Part shown: piece after piece, positions 38,995 to 53,347 of the stretch | Position numbering within the stretch: the stretch's first letter is position 1 | Layout of the letters: every line of letters begins with the position of its first letter | Assembly (NCBI RefSeq): GCF_001194135.2 | Contig: NC_068987.1 | Coordinates: 38,666,641 to 38,730,640, forward strand | Origin: Octopus bimaculoides | Taxonomy: Eukaryota | Length of the DNA stretch: 64,000 bases | Direction of reading: 5' to 3' | The notes under the pieces: generated by a model | The model's database searches: none | Seen by the model: the letters and a program-made list of their open reading frames with translations, nothing else | Told to the model about the DNA's origin: nothing | Translations under genes and position numbers: made by a program

Positions 38995-40142
38995 CTGGTG
39001 AAGGAAAATAACTGTCAGTAATTTAAAATTTTGATAAACCTTTAGCAAAAGCTATCAAGGAAAAAAGACATTTTTGAATATTGCACTGCCATTTATATAA
39101 TGATTTTCTCCAGAAGTTAATCACCTAACTTGCAAACATTTACAATCACACGGATTGCAAATTCTTCGTACTGTTTCAGCATTTATTGACATATCTCTTT
39201 TCATCCGCAGCTCTATTGAGTGAGAATCTCTCGAACAGGTCCCGCTTTATATCAAAGATCTACACGATGTCGTATAAAACCAGTTACATATAAACGAATG
39301 CTCGATTACAGGACTTTATACGCCTATATACTTCCTTCGTCTACTGAAAAGTTAACAAACTATCATCAAAGAAGAACCTTAAATCATTTTGGAACAGAGA
39401 AACTTAGTTTCATTCACTGGTTCCTAAATAAATTGCATTATATATATAAGAACACGCACTCACTCATACGCGCGCGCGCACACACATATACATACATAAT
39501 TTTCGATACTATATATCTATATATATATATATATATATAGAAAATGCACATATAAAGACTAACAATCTATGACACTTGAAGTAGTTACCACAGCTAAGTA
39601 ATCTTGTCTTTTCAGAATATACCCACTCAAAACTCTAATTATTTATATTGGGCAACTTAGTAACATACGAGAGAACTGCTTATGCTTCTTGAATGTCATA
39701 CTCTGCACAGACATTAACTCACATTCTAGTACATAGGCAAACACATATTTAATAAACATTCAGGTTTTCTATACATACAAAATTCTCCTTCTGCTATTAA
39801 TTCTTAAGTGGACAGTACTTATATTCTCCATATAGTTACAATTAAAGCAACCTCATCCTCTCATTACATGCAATGGGATGCAAATGTAATAAACATATTG
39901 AATAATCATGCTCTCAGATGCATTCCATTAACATGTCTTTTTCGCCATTAACCTCCAGTAAGTATAACTAACATTCAGCATCTTCATTGAAGTATCAATA
40001 CTCATATATTGTTTCATTGCAATATATTATTTGAAAGTAACAGAAACCACAACACCAATACTTATTTCTCTTTTTACTCAGACATTCAAAAGCTTTGCAC
40101 AAATATTCAGTGCATTTTCTAAGTGAATTATAATAAACTAAC

Positions 40143-40316
40143 CTCCACGACCATAACCCAAACTTTCCATAGTATCTCTCGCTTTGCAAAGAATACCGGA
40201 GATTTCTGGATAACCAGCTTCTTCAGCTTCACAAATTGCATTGTCTAATAGTGATTTGTTTTTCTGGTTGATAGCTGTCCTTAGTTGATCTCTGATTTTT
40301 GCTGCTGAAGTAATAT
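40143..40316 (-). CDS. Repeat exon 9 (subtype A); (H)ITSAAKIRDQLRTAINQKNKSLLDNAICEAEEAGYPEISGILCKARDTMESLGYGRG
   Basis: Acceptor tttatcatcaactag|AT, donor GGAG|gttagt. 174 nt, phase 1-1. Hand-translated. Confidence 0.9.
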
Positions 40317-41780
40317 CTAGTTGATGATAAACCCAACAGTCACAGATTTTTTTTTAAATAGAAAGAAAATACATATAAAACAAAGCGCAGATATTAGAAT
40401 TTCAAATAAAATATGAATTTCAAGCATTCAAATAGACGTAACTAATTTAAATTTATTTCTCTAAATATTAATAAGTACACGTGTTATTTGATAAGAACAT
40501 TAATATTTGTAGTAATTCAGAAATATTTTCCGCTCATTTACTCAGATTACAGAATTATACAGTAAATAATGCTAATATATGGGATTACTAGATGAGTAAG
40601 ATAAATTTATTCTATAATCTTATGAACACTCTTCAAATTTAAAAATGCTGATCACTATCAGAAGGAAGCCTCAGGTATTGGAGAAGTAACAAATATTATA
40701 TGAACAATAGCTTTATCCGTCTTTCTGGTGTTAAGTACTCATTCTACTTCTTCGTTATCAACATTTAAGTGTGTGTGTGTGCGTGTGTGTATGTGTGTGC
40801 GCGCGCACAAGTGTGTGGGTGTGTATTGTAGTAAAATTAATAAGAAGAGTACAGTGAATTTGCAGTGGGGAATGAAAAAAGTTGAAAAGAGAGACAGTTT
40901 TATATTCTCTATGTTAAAAAAAAAATTAAATAAAATTAAAAAAAGATTGCAGTTGGATGTGAAAGTGTGTACTTTAAATATTTGTCGTAAAGCTACATAG
41001 TTTCACTGTTTATATTATCATCATTCCCACACTTGAATGGGAGATTTTTTTAGACACTACTCCCTCTTTACACACACACACACATATATGATGTGTGTTT
41101 GTGCTTCTTTATATGCCAGACAAAGTCAATGTCATTGTTTTGATGTTACCACCAGAATTTGAATTTCGACCTTTAAATTTATACGTCATTAGTCAGATGT
41201 TTTTCTTTTGAGTGTGACTAGTGTGTGTTGTATGTGCATTTAACATTCCACTATGTTATTAATATAGCTTCCATTAGTAATCGCTTAATTTATTTAACAA
41301 CTCAGTTGAGCATAGAAGTGTTTCCCACTAACCTTTGCTTATCAAGTTCTGTCATGTGCTTTATAACTTAGTGCATTGTAATTGCTCTTTGATGAAAACG
41401 TATGAAGAACCGATGGGTGAGAGTGTGTGTGAGTATATATGCGTTCATGCATGTGTAAATGTATATGTGTGTAATTATAAAGTCATTTTCAAATACGCAC
41501 ACACATATGCATATATATATATTACATATGTAAATTATTTCTAACCATATATGAGTGCGTGTGTGTATGCGCGCGCGAGCGCTTGTTTGTGCGCGTACGC
41601 GAGTTGTGTGTGTGTGCGTGCGCGCGCATTTGTGCATGTGCGTGTGCGTGTATAGACACATTTCCTGTGTTTCTAATGTGAATGTTTGCATCAGTGCAAA
41701 TTATAGCAACATTATTATGATTACATTGGTGATGAAAACATTGACATTGTGATGAAAAATATCATTAAATAACATCTTAC

Positions 41781-41954
41781 GTCCATCCCCGCCTTGTAAG
41801 ATGTTCAAAGACTTTCGCGCGTTATCAACATCACTTTGAAGTTCAGGATAGCCGGCAGCAATACATCTCTTAATAGCTGATGCGATTTCATTTTCATCTT
41901 TTAGCTTAATACTATCCTTAAGTTTGTCTCGAAAAATGCTGGGTGATGTATTCC
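41781..41954 (-). CDS. Repeat exon 8 (subtype B); (G)NTSPSIFRDKLKDSIKLKDENEIASAIKRCIAAGYPELQSDVDNARKSLNILQGGDG
   Basis: Acceptor ttttatcaattaccag|GG, donor GGAC|gtaaga. 174 nt, phase 1-1. Confidence 0.9.
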
Positions 41955-42592
41955 CTGGTAATTGATAAAATACCACTTGGTACTTAATTTCATGCATCAA
42001 GATATATTTTGTTTTTCAGATTGTTATTGATCTTTCATTTTCCTTTAAATTTAAATTAAATGAAAACTTATTAAAGATATAATTGCTTAATACCTATCAT
42101 AATAAATAATCCTGCTTGATCATGAGGACGGCTACACACAACAAAAATACCAGCAACGGTTAATGATCAGAAAACTTTGTTAGGATGTTAGGACTCCATG
42201 AAATAGTTTAGAGGTCCATAACTACACAAATTCATGAAAATAGAATTTTATTTACATTAAATATTTAAAGAGGAACTCTTAAAATCCCTTCTAAAATCCT
42301 TAATCATGCAGCTGGCATTTTGTACCAAATTGTGAAAGTTTGAAGTAAATGTTCACTTTATCATGAATTTATAAAGATTTTATATATCAAGTGAACTGAT
42401 ATTTAAAAAGTAGCAATACAATCTTTAACATTTATTCCCTTATACTTACTCTGTTTTATGATTCGTAATCAACTGTGTTAGAAATATCGTAAAGGGAAAT
42501 TGAGTTAGTATTTCTGACAGTTCGTTGTATTCATGATATTTAAAAACCCTTGCTAATATATCTTATTAAAATGCTAAAAATACAATGCTAAC

Positions 42593-42778
42593 CTTCGAAG
42601 CGGCTCCCCAGCTGTTGAAGAGTTTTTCTTGCTTCATACAGCTCAGGACCAAGCTCTGGATACTCAACACTTTCGCATTCTTCGATAATGTTTTCAAGAT
42701 TTACTCTGTCTTTCCGCTCAACAGCTGTCCGTAATCGGCAGCGCAGATTACCTGGGGACTTAATATCTGTTTTGGAAT
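42593..42778 (-). CDS. Repeat exon 7 (subtype A-like); (D)SKTDIKSPGNLRCRLRTAVERKDRVNLENIIEECESVEYPELGPELYEARKTLQQLGSRFE
   Basis: Acceptor tttgaattttag|AT, donor GAAG|gttagc. 186 nt, phase 1-1. Hand-translated. Confidence 0.85.
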
Positions 42779-43377
42779 CTAAAATTCAAAGTTAGCTTTC
42801 GATGATTCTTAGAATGGTAGGCAAGTAGATACATAAATAAATGAATGTTATTATTAAAAACTATTCCAAAATCGGTGAGCTGGCAGAATCTTTAGAACAC
42901 CGGAAAAAATGCTTTGCACTATTAATTCCGGGGTTTTTACGCTCTTAGTTCAAATCACGCCAAGGTCAATTTTGCTTTTCATACTTTCGGGTTTAATTTT
43001 TTAAAAAGTACCTGTGAAGTACTGAGGTCGATGGTATCGACAAATTCCCTCACAATTGCTGACCTTGTGCCAAAATTAGAAACCATTATTAAAGCTATTC
43101 TGAAATACACACACATACACACACACATACATATAAATGTGTGCATGTGTGTATGAGTGCACGTGTATTTGTATAGATGTATATACACAAATAACTAAAG
43201 GTTTCAAATTAAATCGAAATATAATTCAATCATAATTTCAATCAGCAATTTTAAAATATTGATTTTTATCTAATTTCCAGATATGTTTTTATATTTCGAC
43301 CAATATTTTAAGCAGGAGCTAAAATTATCTACACTTATGTTAAGTCATATTTATACGAATATAATTATTGTTCCAAC

Positions 43378-43536
43378 CTCTGAATCTTTTATCCCTAGTA
43401 TGTGAGGAATCTTTATTTTGAAAATGCTCTGATGATATTCCTTTAAGTTCATTATAACCTGGAAAGGGACGACCCAATCTGCTTTCTCTGAAACGCTGTT
43501 GAGTGACAGTTCTCTGGAAACCAAGAGCAGCTAACC
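43378..43536 (-). CDS. Candidate non-repeat (or very diverged) in-frame exon; (G)LAALGFQRTVTQQRFRESRLGRPFPGYNELKGISSEHFQNKDSSHTRDKRFR
   Basis: Acceptor aaaacttag|GG, donor AGAG|gttgga. 159 nt, open, phase 1-1. Only a GYNEL ~ GYPEL echo of the repeat. Confidence 0.4.
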
Positions 43537-43949
43537 CTAAGTTTTAAATAGAATAATTTCAGAAATCGGAATGGATGAAAAAATTAAATAGATCCTTACC
43601 ACAGGCTCTAATTGTCCATTTTTCAATATCCAAAATGGGGAACATATTTTGTATATTAGCCAGTAAGATTCTATACACACATGCATACACACAAACATAT
43701 TTATATACATATATGTATATAGCTACATTCATACACATATACATTAATATGCATACATATATGTCACGAGTAAAATGCTGTAAAATCCATACCGGTGTTT
43801 ACATTAATATATTTATACACCAATATATATACTATAAATTATTTAAGTAATATATATATTTTATGATACGTATTTTAAATAATATATTATATTGTATAAG
43901 CATAATATGAATGTGAGCGTGTGTTACAAAAAAAAAGATAAAAAACAAA

Positions 43950-45620
43950 CATATGACGCATATACCGGTGTTTTATAAGAGGAGTATGGCTAAGAATTCC
44001 AACATGTCGGACTTAATTTTTGCCCCATGCAAGCGACATAAGGATGATGAATACAGCAAAGACTCCAAAAACCGACGCAGCTTTAAAATAATCAGGTCAT
44101 AATAAAGATCTGGACAAGAAATAACATGTGCAACGCATCCCTCAGAGCTGAGTCCCTCCACGTTTTTGCAATCCCGATACCATGTAGAGTATTTCAGCCA
44201 ATCGAATGGCCTCTAGCGTAACAAGAAATTATGGCGGGAATTTGAAAATGCATACAGGACCCTACCATAACAGCTAAGGGTGACGTTGATAGTCGAAGGC
44301 AATGACGGCAATCACTACCAGCTCTGAGTCTGCCAAACTCACTCCAATAGAGTAGGTAACAGCCTGCTAAATAACTGTTAGGACAGTGCAGAAGCAAAGG
44401 CTGGCAAATTCGTGCGAGCTACTGGAGGATTGTGGGATGATCACTTTGCAAAGTTCTGACTGGACTTGTAGTGATTGCGCAAACAAAGAGAAGGTCCATA
44501 TGTTCCAATACTAAAACTGTAGAGAAAACTTCTGGATGATTTTGAATAAGGATGGCAAACATATGGCTTGCTGTTACTGGGACGTAAGCCGATATATAAT
44601 GATTAGTGGTTGGGTTAGCTATACGTAGGGTTGAACGGTAAAAGACTCGAAATCCTTCACTACTCCTGATGACTAAGAGCTTCCCTCTTTCAAGACAATA
44701 TCCCACAATAACATTTGGAATACTTCACTGTTCTATAGAGGAAATCCGTTCCATAGACATTAAACTCACAAACTTTGACATCAACTGTAAACTCTCACAA
44801 AAATTCAATTTTAGAAAAAAAGAAAATGTAAGAGTCTTAAGGTCAATGCAAAAAACCTTTGAGTGCCGTATTATGTCACTGAGAAAGCATCTGCCAAACA
44901 AAAGCAGTTAAATCAAATACATCAACCAAACACCCAAAAATGAAGGGAATAACACCTTGTGAGTTAGTAGTGAACTCCCCACCAAAAATTCAGTTCCTGA
45001 TAACCTCCCTTGTTGACCCAGAAGCGCAGGGTTAGCATAATTCAGCGAAGACTTGGAAAAGAAACACTTTGCATATCACAAAAAAGTTATGAAAATGTGT
45101 TTCCCGTAAACTTGAGGAAGAGAATAATATTAACATGGAATGAAATCTCTCTTGGACTCGTGACCGTCATGTCACATTTCGAAAGCTTACGCTTTTGCCA
45201 TACAGAAGTAGAAGATAACTACGAAATATCGATGACCAAAGGGGGGAGTGAATCTCTTAAACTCCATAGGAGTAACCTCTAATGTCGGTTGCATCAATCC
45301 CTTGTGAAGGATATGGTACAACCACCCACTGCAACATGGTATTGCTGAAACAATATACGATTCTGTCAGCAGAAAAGACTGTCCTGGAATAAATATCAAC
45401 GCCCCTGCTATTCCCTACATATATGCGTATCGTTACAAGGAATATTGACAGAATATCCCTATCAAAACATGTGCAAAACATAATACACTTGATAGAGTTA
45501 TTTTGGAAAGAAGAGAACAATTGCGCACAGTCAAAGAGGTTAAGTCCGCGGCAGATGTGAATATCTCTTCCAAAGTCAGTGAAGCTGACAGATTCTTTGC
45601 CGTGATCATATTTTTGCATA
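43950..45620 (+). mobile_element. Heavily decayed LINE-like remnant
   Basis: GC-richer block of broken ORFs with weak post-endonuclease-like segments. The family is not resolved. Confidence 0.35.
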
Positions 45621-45776
45621 TATACTAATAATCATTGGTGCACTTGACTATCTAAGTAAATGTCAAAACGACAATCTATAAAATCTAGGACTTCGGGCAA
45701 AGAAAGAGAGTGGGTAACATGCACTTTACAAGTATAATCTAGATTATTTTTAGAGGCCATTCCTAGCGGGAACCAT

Positions 45777-45828
<52 letters not shown>

Positions 45829-45903
45829 ATACACACACACATATATATATATATGACGGGCTTCTTTCCACTCACAAGGCTTTAGTCGGCCGGAAGCGAT
45901 AGG

Positions 45904-45954
<51 letters not shown>

Positions 45955-46379
45955 GCCATCGTCAGCTGTCAGTTTAAGATGTATTTTCTCAAAGCTTCAA
46001 TTCATATTAACTCCAATCCACCGATTCATTTCGAATAACCCGAAATCTATTATAAAACACCCCAAACCACGTGAAACAACTGCTCTAATAAATTATTAGT
46101 ATTATCTCCGCAACGATCTTGAAGGTAATAATATATACACAAAAATCGGCAAAAATCTCGATTTGCGATATATCAACTGAAATGAGATGTGAATCAATGT
46201 CAAAATTAAAGAAATCGTCGACTTTGCTTTTCATCCTTTCGGGGTCGATTAAATAAGTACCATTTACGTACTGTGGTCGATGTAATCGACTTAATCCCTT
46301 TGTCTGCCCCTGTTTGTCCCCTCTTTGTTTAACTCTATGTGGGCAACAAAGAAATAAATTATATCTTGTAAACTCTTTG

Positions 46380-46895
46380 TTCCAGTTCCAACAGGTCAAG
46401 AGCTATCACAGTACGCTGATAACCAGCAACAAACAATTAGAAAACTACTATTTTGATTTCTCCATTTGACCTCATTGCAGCTAGTCAGAATCATCCTCAA
46501 CAAGCTAACATACAGCAGTACCTCGGCATCATTACTACACCAGCTTTGGTGAATACAATTGTCCTACCACTTCACCAGCACTCCACCTCAAAATGAGAAC
46601 CCGACTTCCTCCCTTCCAAAGTGCTTGTCGCTACTACGTACAAGGTAGCAGTAAACTTGGCCCCCGTGGCGTCAAGTCAAAGGTCACTAATTTTTCCACA
46701 TCCTTTCATATACCAGAAGTTTATAAGGAGCATTTGTGTATATGGTATAATGGGAAAAGTTTATCCTCACCTCTATCTTAAATACAGTGCCGATGGGTCC
46801 GATTCCAAATACAGATGAAGAAAGGGCAGCTGGAGTGCCTTCTTCCACCCGAAACTACGTCAAGTGTCTCTCTCTCTCTCTCTCGTTCTCCCTCC

Positions 46896-46946
<51 letters not shown>

Positions 46947-47640
46947 CATGAGAATACGCCTAAACGTAGAACGCAACAGCAGAAAAGCAGAAAAAACAAA
47001 AAAATATAAGAACAACTACAACAATGAATAAAAAACGAAATATAGATACACCCGACTATCAAGCACTGACCGCCATAGAATTTCACCCAACAAGACGGAG
47101 CCCTCCCACCCAACTTAATGAATTGGCACAACAAAATGTTTCCGCAAAAGAACCACTGGGAAAGAACCTGGAAAATATGAAAGAAGACCCAAGCCTTCAA
47201 ATTCAGCAGTCAGCAGCCATCACTCAGCGGCACTGCGAATGTGAAACCGTTAAAAATTAAAACATTCCTCGAAGTCAAGTCGTTACACAATCTTCCTCCT
47301 CTGCTGCCATTAAACAACAAAATGCATGGCTGAAGACTCTTGGAACAACGTAATCGACGAACCACCCTAGTTTCGACATTCTTATTGTATGCACAAGGCA
47401 TCAACCCAGCAGTTTAACATTCAAAATGAAAGATTGCATTAACAAGTATTAGAATTGCTGAACAGACATGCCATTTTTTCATTCTAACGGTACCCACCTG
47501 AACAAATCTCACTTGGATGCCGAGCTGAAAATCGGGAACTTCACTATCACTCGCGCACAGCGCGTAGGCTGAAGCAAAGGAGGAACTACTATCTTATTCT
47601 TTATTCCCTTTCTATGGAAACAAATGACATATTCTCAAAC
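46380..47640 (+). mobile_element. LINE 5' part (Cys-rich ORF1 remnant plus start of APE endonuclease)
   Basis: ACRYYVQGS.K.G..G; ..HLNKSHLDAELKIGNFTITR....SKGG; similar in type to 28390-29230. Confidence 0.55.
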
Positions 47641-48768
47641 GGGTATTATGAATCTGTATCTGCATGTAATAACGCTAGCAATTTAACCGTAATTTAATTC
47701 TAAATGCATCCTTAAACATCTCTATAGTGCTTCCAAGAGTGCCTCGACAATGTCAAATTCTTGCTCTAAATTTTTATTTTTATTATAAAGTAAATTAGCT
47801 ATTGGTTGAATGAATGACTGTCTTAAGTTGAATTCAATTTAGGTGTTTCCTTTTGCTACTGTTTATTAACTGGTAAAATGTTTTCAGATGTTCAGTTGGA
47901 ATTTCACCAATTTGGATTACTTTGATAATGTGTCGACATATATTTTCGAAGATATTATTATCAATTTTGATAATATTGTTTATATGTATATATACTCTTT
48001 TACTCTTTACTTGTTTCAGTCATTTGACTGCGGCCATGCTGGAGCACCACCTTTAGTCGAGCAAATCGACCCCAGGACTTATTCTTTGTAAGCCTAGTAC
48101 TTATTCTATCGGTCTCTTTTACCGAACCGCTAAGTTACGGGGACGTAAACACACCAGCATCGGTTGTCAAGCGAAGTTGGGGGGAAAAACATAGACACAC
48201 AAACATATACACACACATACATACATATATATATATATANNNNNNNNNNNNNNNNNNNNNNNNNNNNNNNNNNNNNNNNNNNNNNNNNNNNNNNNNNNNN
48301 NNNNNNNNNNNNNNNNNNNNNNNNNNNNNNNNNNNNNNNNNNNNNNNNNNNNNNNNNNNNNNNNNNNNNNNNNNNNNNNNNNNNNNNNNNNNNNNNNNNN
48401 NNNNNNNNNNNNNNNNNNNNNNNNNNNNNNNNNNNNNNNNNNNNNNNNNNNNNNNNNNNNNNNNNNNNNNNNNNNNNNNNNNNNNNNNNNNNNNNNNNNN
48501 NNNNNNNNNNNNNNNNNNNNNNNNNNNNNNNNNNNNNNNNNNNNNNNNNNNNNNNNNNNNNNNNNNNNNNNNNNNNNNNNNNNNNNNNNNNNNNNNNNNN
48601 NNNNNNNNNNNNNNNNNNNNNNNNNNNNNNNNNNNNNNNNNNNNNNNNNNNNNNNNNNNNNNNNNNNNNNNNNNNNNNNNNNNNNNNNNNNNNNNNNNNN
48701 NNNNNNNNNNNNNNNNNNNNNNNNNNNNNNNNNNNNNNNNNNNNNNNNNNNNNNNNNNNNNNNNNNNN

Positions 48769-48802
<34 letters not shown>

Positions 48803-50343
48803 AAAACTGTTGTCATGTACCAACCTGCCCCTGGTAAGCAGTATATTGAACCAAATATCTATGTGTATGGTAGAAGATTTGGTGTAGTCGATCAGTTTGT
48901 CTACCCGGGAAACACTCTCTTCAGTTTGTCTACCCGTGTGTACTCTCTTCTCTTCTTTATGCCTGCGAGACCTGGGTCACATATCGTTACCACCTCAAAC
49001 AACTGGAACGTCTCAGACGGATCTGTGGCATCAAGTGGGAGGACCGCATCAGCGATCTTGAGATATTGGATATATAGGCGCAGGAGTGGCTGTGTGGTAA
49101 GTAGTTTACGAACCACATGGTTCCGGGTTCAGTCCCACTGCATGGCACCTTGGGCAATAGTCTTCTACTATAGCCCGTCGTATGTATGTATATATATGTA
49201 TATATGTATGTGTGTGTATATGGCTGTGTCTGTGTTTGTACCCCCAACATCGCTTGACAACCGATGCTGGTGTGTTTACGTCCCCGTAACTTAGCAGTTC
49301 GGCCAAAGAGACCGATAGAATAAGTACTAGACTTACAAAGAATAAGTCCTGGGGTTGATTTGCTCGACTAAAGGCGGTGCTCCAGCATGGACACAGCCAA
49401 ACGACTGAAACAAGTAAAAGAGTAAAAGAGTATGTTTTTCTCCTTGTCTCCGTATTCTTTCTGTTGAAGAGCGTAGCTCNNNNNNNNNNATATATATATA
49501 TATATATATATATATACATTCGTGTGTGTATGTGTGTGAACTGTGCGTGCGTTATGTGGTGTGTTGTGTGGTGTGGTGTGGTGTCTAAGTGTTTGTGTGA
49601 TTTGATAAACAGATAATGACCAGGAAAATATTGCATATAATAATTTTTATAAGTTTCTATAAGTGATTGAAATTGATCGATGTAATTTATTTTCAGTAAA
49701 AGAAAACAGTATAGCTAACAGAAGAAAAAACAATTTTTTCTTAACAATATAAGCATATATCACTGGTAAACATTCAACTATAAATGACAAAATATTTAAT
49801 TTTTATTATGAAATTCATGTTTCCTTTTCAAATCCAAATTATTTTATGGTTTCTTTCATATAGCGATTCAAATAGCTGTATATTACAATGTCAAAAACAT
49901 AATATGTATTTATATCAAAAGTATTTCCTATGTGTGAAATAAACGGAACAAACATATACGGACTATGATATTAATAGTTAAATAATTTTTCTGTAGAAAT
50001 TCAAAATATTTTCCTGTAACATTAATTTTTTACGATGTACAAAATAGCTGAAATATAAAATAAGTGAAATAATCTTCTACTTTTAGTCCAGTCTCCTAAA
50101 ACAGTGAAAATGAGCATATAGCTGGAATATTAAAAAAGAAAAAATGGTTGGAATGTTACTATTATTTTCAAGACAAATGTAAAGCATTATCAAATTTGGC
50201 AGCATTCAAATAAATAGATCTGTTAAATAAACATACATGTTAACTATAAAGCAAAATAAGTAAAACAAAGAGAGATACACAGGAAGACACATCCGATCAA
50301 AATTACACTTATATAAGAATAGTTTAAATAATTGTTATCTCAC

Positions 50344-50517
50344 CACCTCGACCACCACCAAGTTTTTCAAGAGTTTCCCTAGCTTTTCGGAGATCGTAAG
50401 CAAGTTCTGGATAACCAGCAGCTTCAGCATCGTGAATAGCTTTTTCCAAATTTGCTTTGTTCTTCTGGGTGACAGCACGTTTTAACTGGTTACGCAAAGA
50501 ATCGGGTGTCGTCGATC
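50344..50517 (-). CDS. Repeat exon 6 (subtype A); (G)STTPDSLRNQLKRAVTQKNKANLEKAIHDAEAAGYPELAYDLRKARETLEKLGGGRG
   Basis: Acceptor ttttttttgtag|GA, donor GGTG|gtgaga. 174 nt, phase 1-1. Hand-translated. Confidence 0.92.
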
Positions 50518-51600
50518 CTACAAAAAAAAATTATGACAACGTGTGATTACTATCGATCATATTATTCTCTTCTGTCCCAGCCGAATCATTGAAAATATGA
50601 CAAAATCATTGTCTGAATCTTTGGCTCTTTTATTTTTTACTTTCTATATTTCTTGTTGCTATAATCTCAGGATTTTAAAAGGGCTTTAAAGATTTTTTAG
50701 CAAACAACTCATATACATCTTTAAATGATACATGTATTGAAAAATATTATATTGTATAGCATTTTCTCAAGCATGCATCAGTCATCCACTAATGTAAAAA
50801 TACTGACATCAGCTATGTTGTTTCTACGGGTTGATGCCTCATCCAAAAGCATTTTTCTTTTAATTTTAGAGTCGAACCTACTTTGTGTAGTGTGAATATA
50901 AGCGAAGAGGTTCAAATGTCTCAGTTCAGAAATTAAATTGGAAGCTACAAAAACGAAACATATCTGTGGAGATGTTATTTTATTACTCAAATTTAACATT
51001 TATATGGTTGTAAGTATGAAATGTATATAGTATTTGTAATACATCTTCGCCTTCTTAATGTATAAAATCGAAATTTTTGATAAAGAGTAAAGAACCCGAA
51101 ATTACTGAAAGAAAAGATGGTTAAAATGAAAAAGAGTGAGAGGGAAATTTGGTTGCAGTAAAAAAAAACATAGTTAACCAGGAGGAGGATGAATGCGGAG
51201 AGACATACTGAGTGTTCCTCACCATTTTAGGCATTAATTTCAATATATTAATAATAGAGATTTTTCACATTTTGAACTTAACCAAAACATTCTAAACAAT
51301 TCATTAAATAAAAGTAAGTTTAGTAACTAGATGAGAATGAAATGCAGATCAGTTTCAATATCAAATAAATAATGATATCTCTTCTTACTAGAAATTATAC
51401 AAATTGATATTATACATATAATTATACATATAATTATACATATAATATGTCAATATATTTCCAATAAAGTATATGGCTGAATTTACCAGAAAGTATGCAC
51501 TTTTGGAACACACTAAAAAAGTGCAGTAAAATCGTACTTCGAATATATTTCACTTTTATCCGAAGGTTGAAATAGGAGATAAAGAAACTTGATAACTTAC

Positions 51601-51673
<73 letters not shown>

Positions 51674-51815
51674 TGTGCGTGTGTTTGTGCGTGCGTGTGT
51701 TCATGTGTGTGTAGGATTGTAGTAAACATTTTTATGGTTATGGTATGAGAAAAAATGGAATAATCATTAGAACGATATCCGTTTTCAAATTTCTTCAACT
51801 CAATAAACACCAAAC

Positions 51816-51989
51816 CTTCAAGCGAATTATTCAAAGATTCAAGAAGCTTTCTTGCTCTACATATTTCCAAATCAAGTTCTGACATGCCAGCGTCAACACA
51901 TTCATTGACAATATTTCGTAAATTTTCTTCATCCCCTAACCAAATTCCTGCCTTCAGTTTCTCACTAAGTGAATCGCCAGACTTTGTTC
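51816..51989 (-). CDS. Repeat exon 5 (subtype B); (G)TKSGDSLSEKLKAGIWLGDEENLRNIVNECVDAGMSELDLEICRARKLLESLNNSLE
   Basis: Acceptor ggatagtag|GA, donor GAAG|gtttgg. 174 nt, phase 1-1. Confidence 0.8.
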
Positions 51990-52811
51990 CTACTATCCGA
52001 AACAGACAAAGTGAATCAGAAATTGCTGTTCGCGAATATTTCTGAAAGTAATCCATCACGAAGTTTCAACAAAATATTGTTGAATTTTTACTGATGTAGA
52101 ATTGTGCCAAGGATGTTTCTCATCTCAGTGATTAATAAATAATGCAGAATTCTGCAACAAGACAAGCTTAAAGCAGAAATTTTAACAAAGACAAATGTCT
52201 AAATATATTGAATTGTATAGAAAGTATTTGCCCTATTATACCCAAGATAAAAATAAAATTTTAACATTCCGCGCTTGTTTTATAACAATAGACAATAGAT
52301 TTAGCTAGCGTTTTTAGTTAAACCACGTTCCTGAACAAAGAAGTGTAATTATCGGCAAAACAAAAAGAACAAAATTAAAATACACTACCGCATAGCAAAC
52401 CAAGCATAATGGGACGATGAGTGGATTCCTCATATTTTGAGATAAAGAAACCACACCAGTTGTTTTATTTGTGATATATTAAAAATAGAACAAAAGAATA
52501 ATGGAAAACTGTTTCAGAAATACAGCAGAACGCTTATCATTTGGTAATACAGCAGCAGCTAGTAACGTGTCGTATATAACTATCTATGATGGTTTTCACA
52601 TTCCTAGTCGAGCAAACAAAGAAATATTTACAAGACTTCATTGGGGATTAATTTTCTGTCAGGAGGTGATTTAACCCAATCAAAACGTTATTAATTGATG
52701 TTATCGAAAAGAAAGAAGGCCGTTGGATAGGACAAAGATTTTTAGAATAGACAACACAAATGTCCAACACACACGCACGCACACAGACACACGCACTCAC
52801 ACACACACACA

Positions 52812-52880
<69 letters not shown>

Positions 52881-53297
52881 TTCACATATATGTATTTGTA
52901 TGTGTGCGTATGTGTGTGTATATATGTATATACATATATATACATATATATATGTACATATGCATATCTAAGTGTATATATAAATATCTCAATATATATT
53001 ATGCATATATTTGTGCAGGTGTGGCTGTGGTAAGAAACTTGGTACCAACCACATGGTTCCGACTTCAGTCCCAATGCGTAGCAAGTGTCTTCTACTATAG
53101 CCTCGGGCCAACCAAAGCCTTATGAGTGGATTTGTTAGGTGAAAACTGTAAGAAGCTCATCGAGTATATATATATATATATAAGGGGGGAAAATTGAATA
53201 TTAATTTGATTAATATCCATTTAAAACCAGTGGCCTAGCAAATTGAAAAATCTGAAGATTCAGAAAAATTATAATATATACATATATATATATATAT

Positions 53298-53347
<50 letters not shown>

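Noticed and set aside
41332-41390. MTELD motif before a gttagt donor-like site
   Set aside because: It is too short, has stops in all usable frames and is in the wrong phase.
52420-52606. Possible decayed A-type repeat exon (GM*KPS*..LLAAAVLPNDK)
   Set aside because: It has multiple stops, an off-register match, no C/YPEL motif and no donor, so it is indistinguishable from chance.
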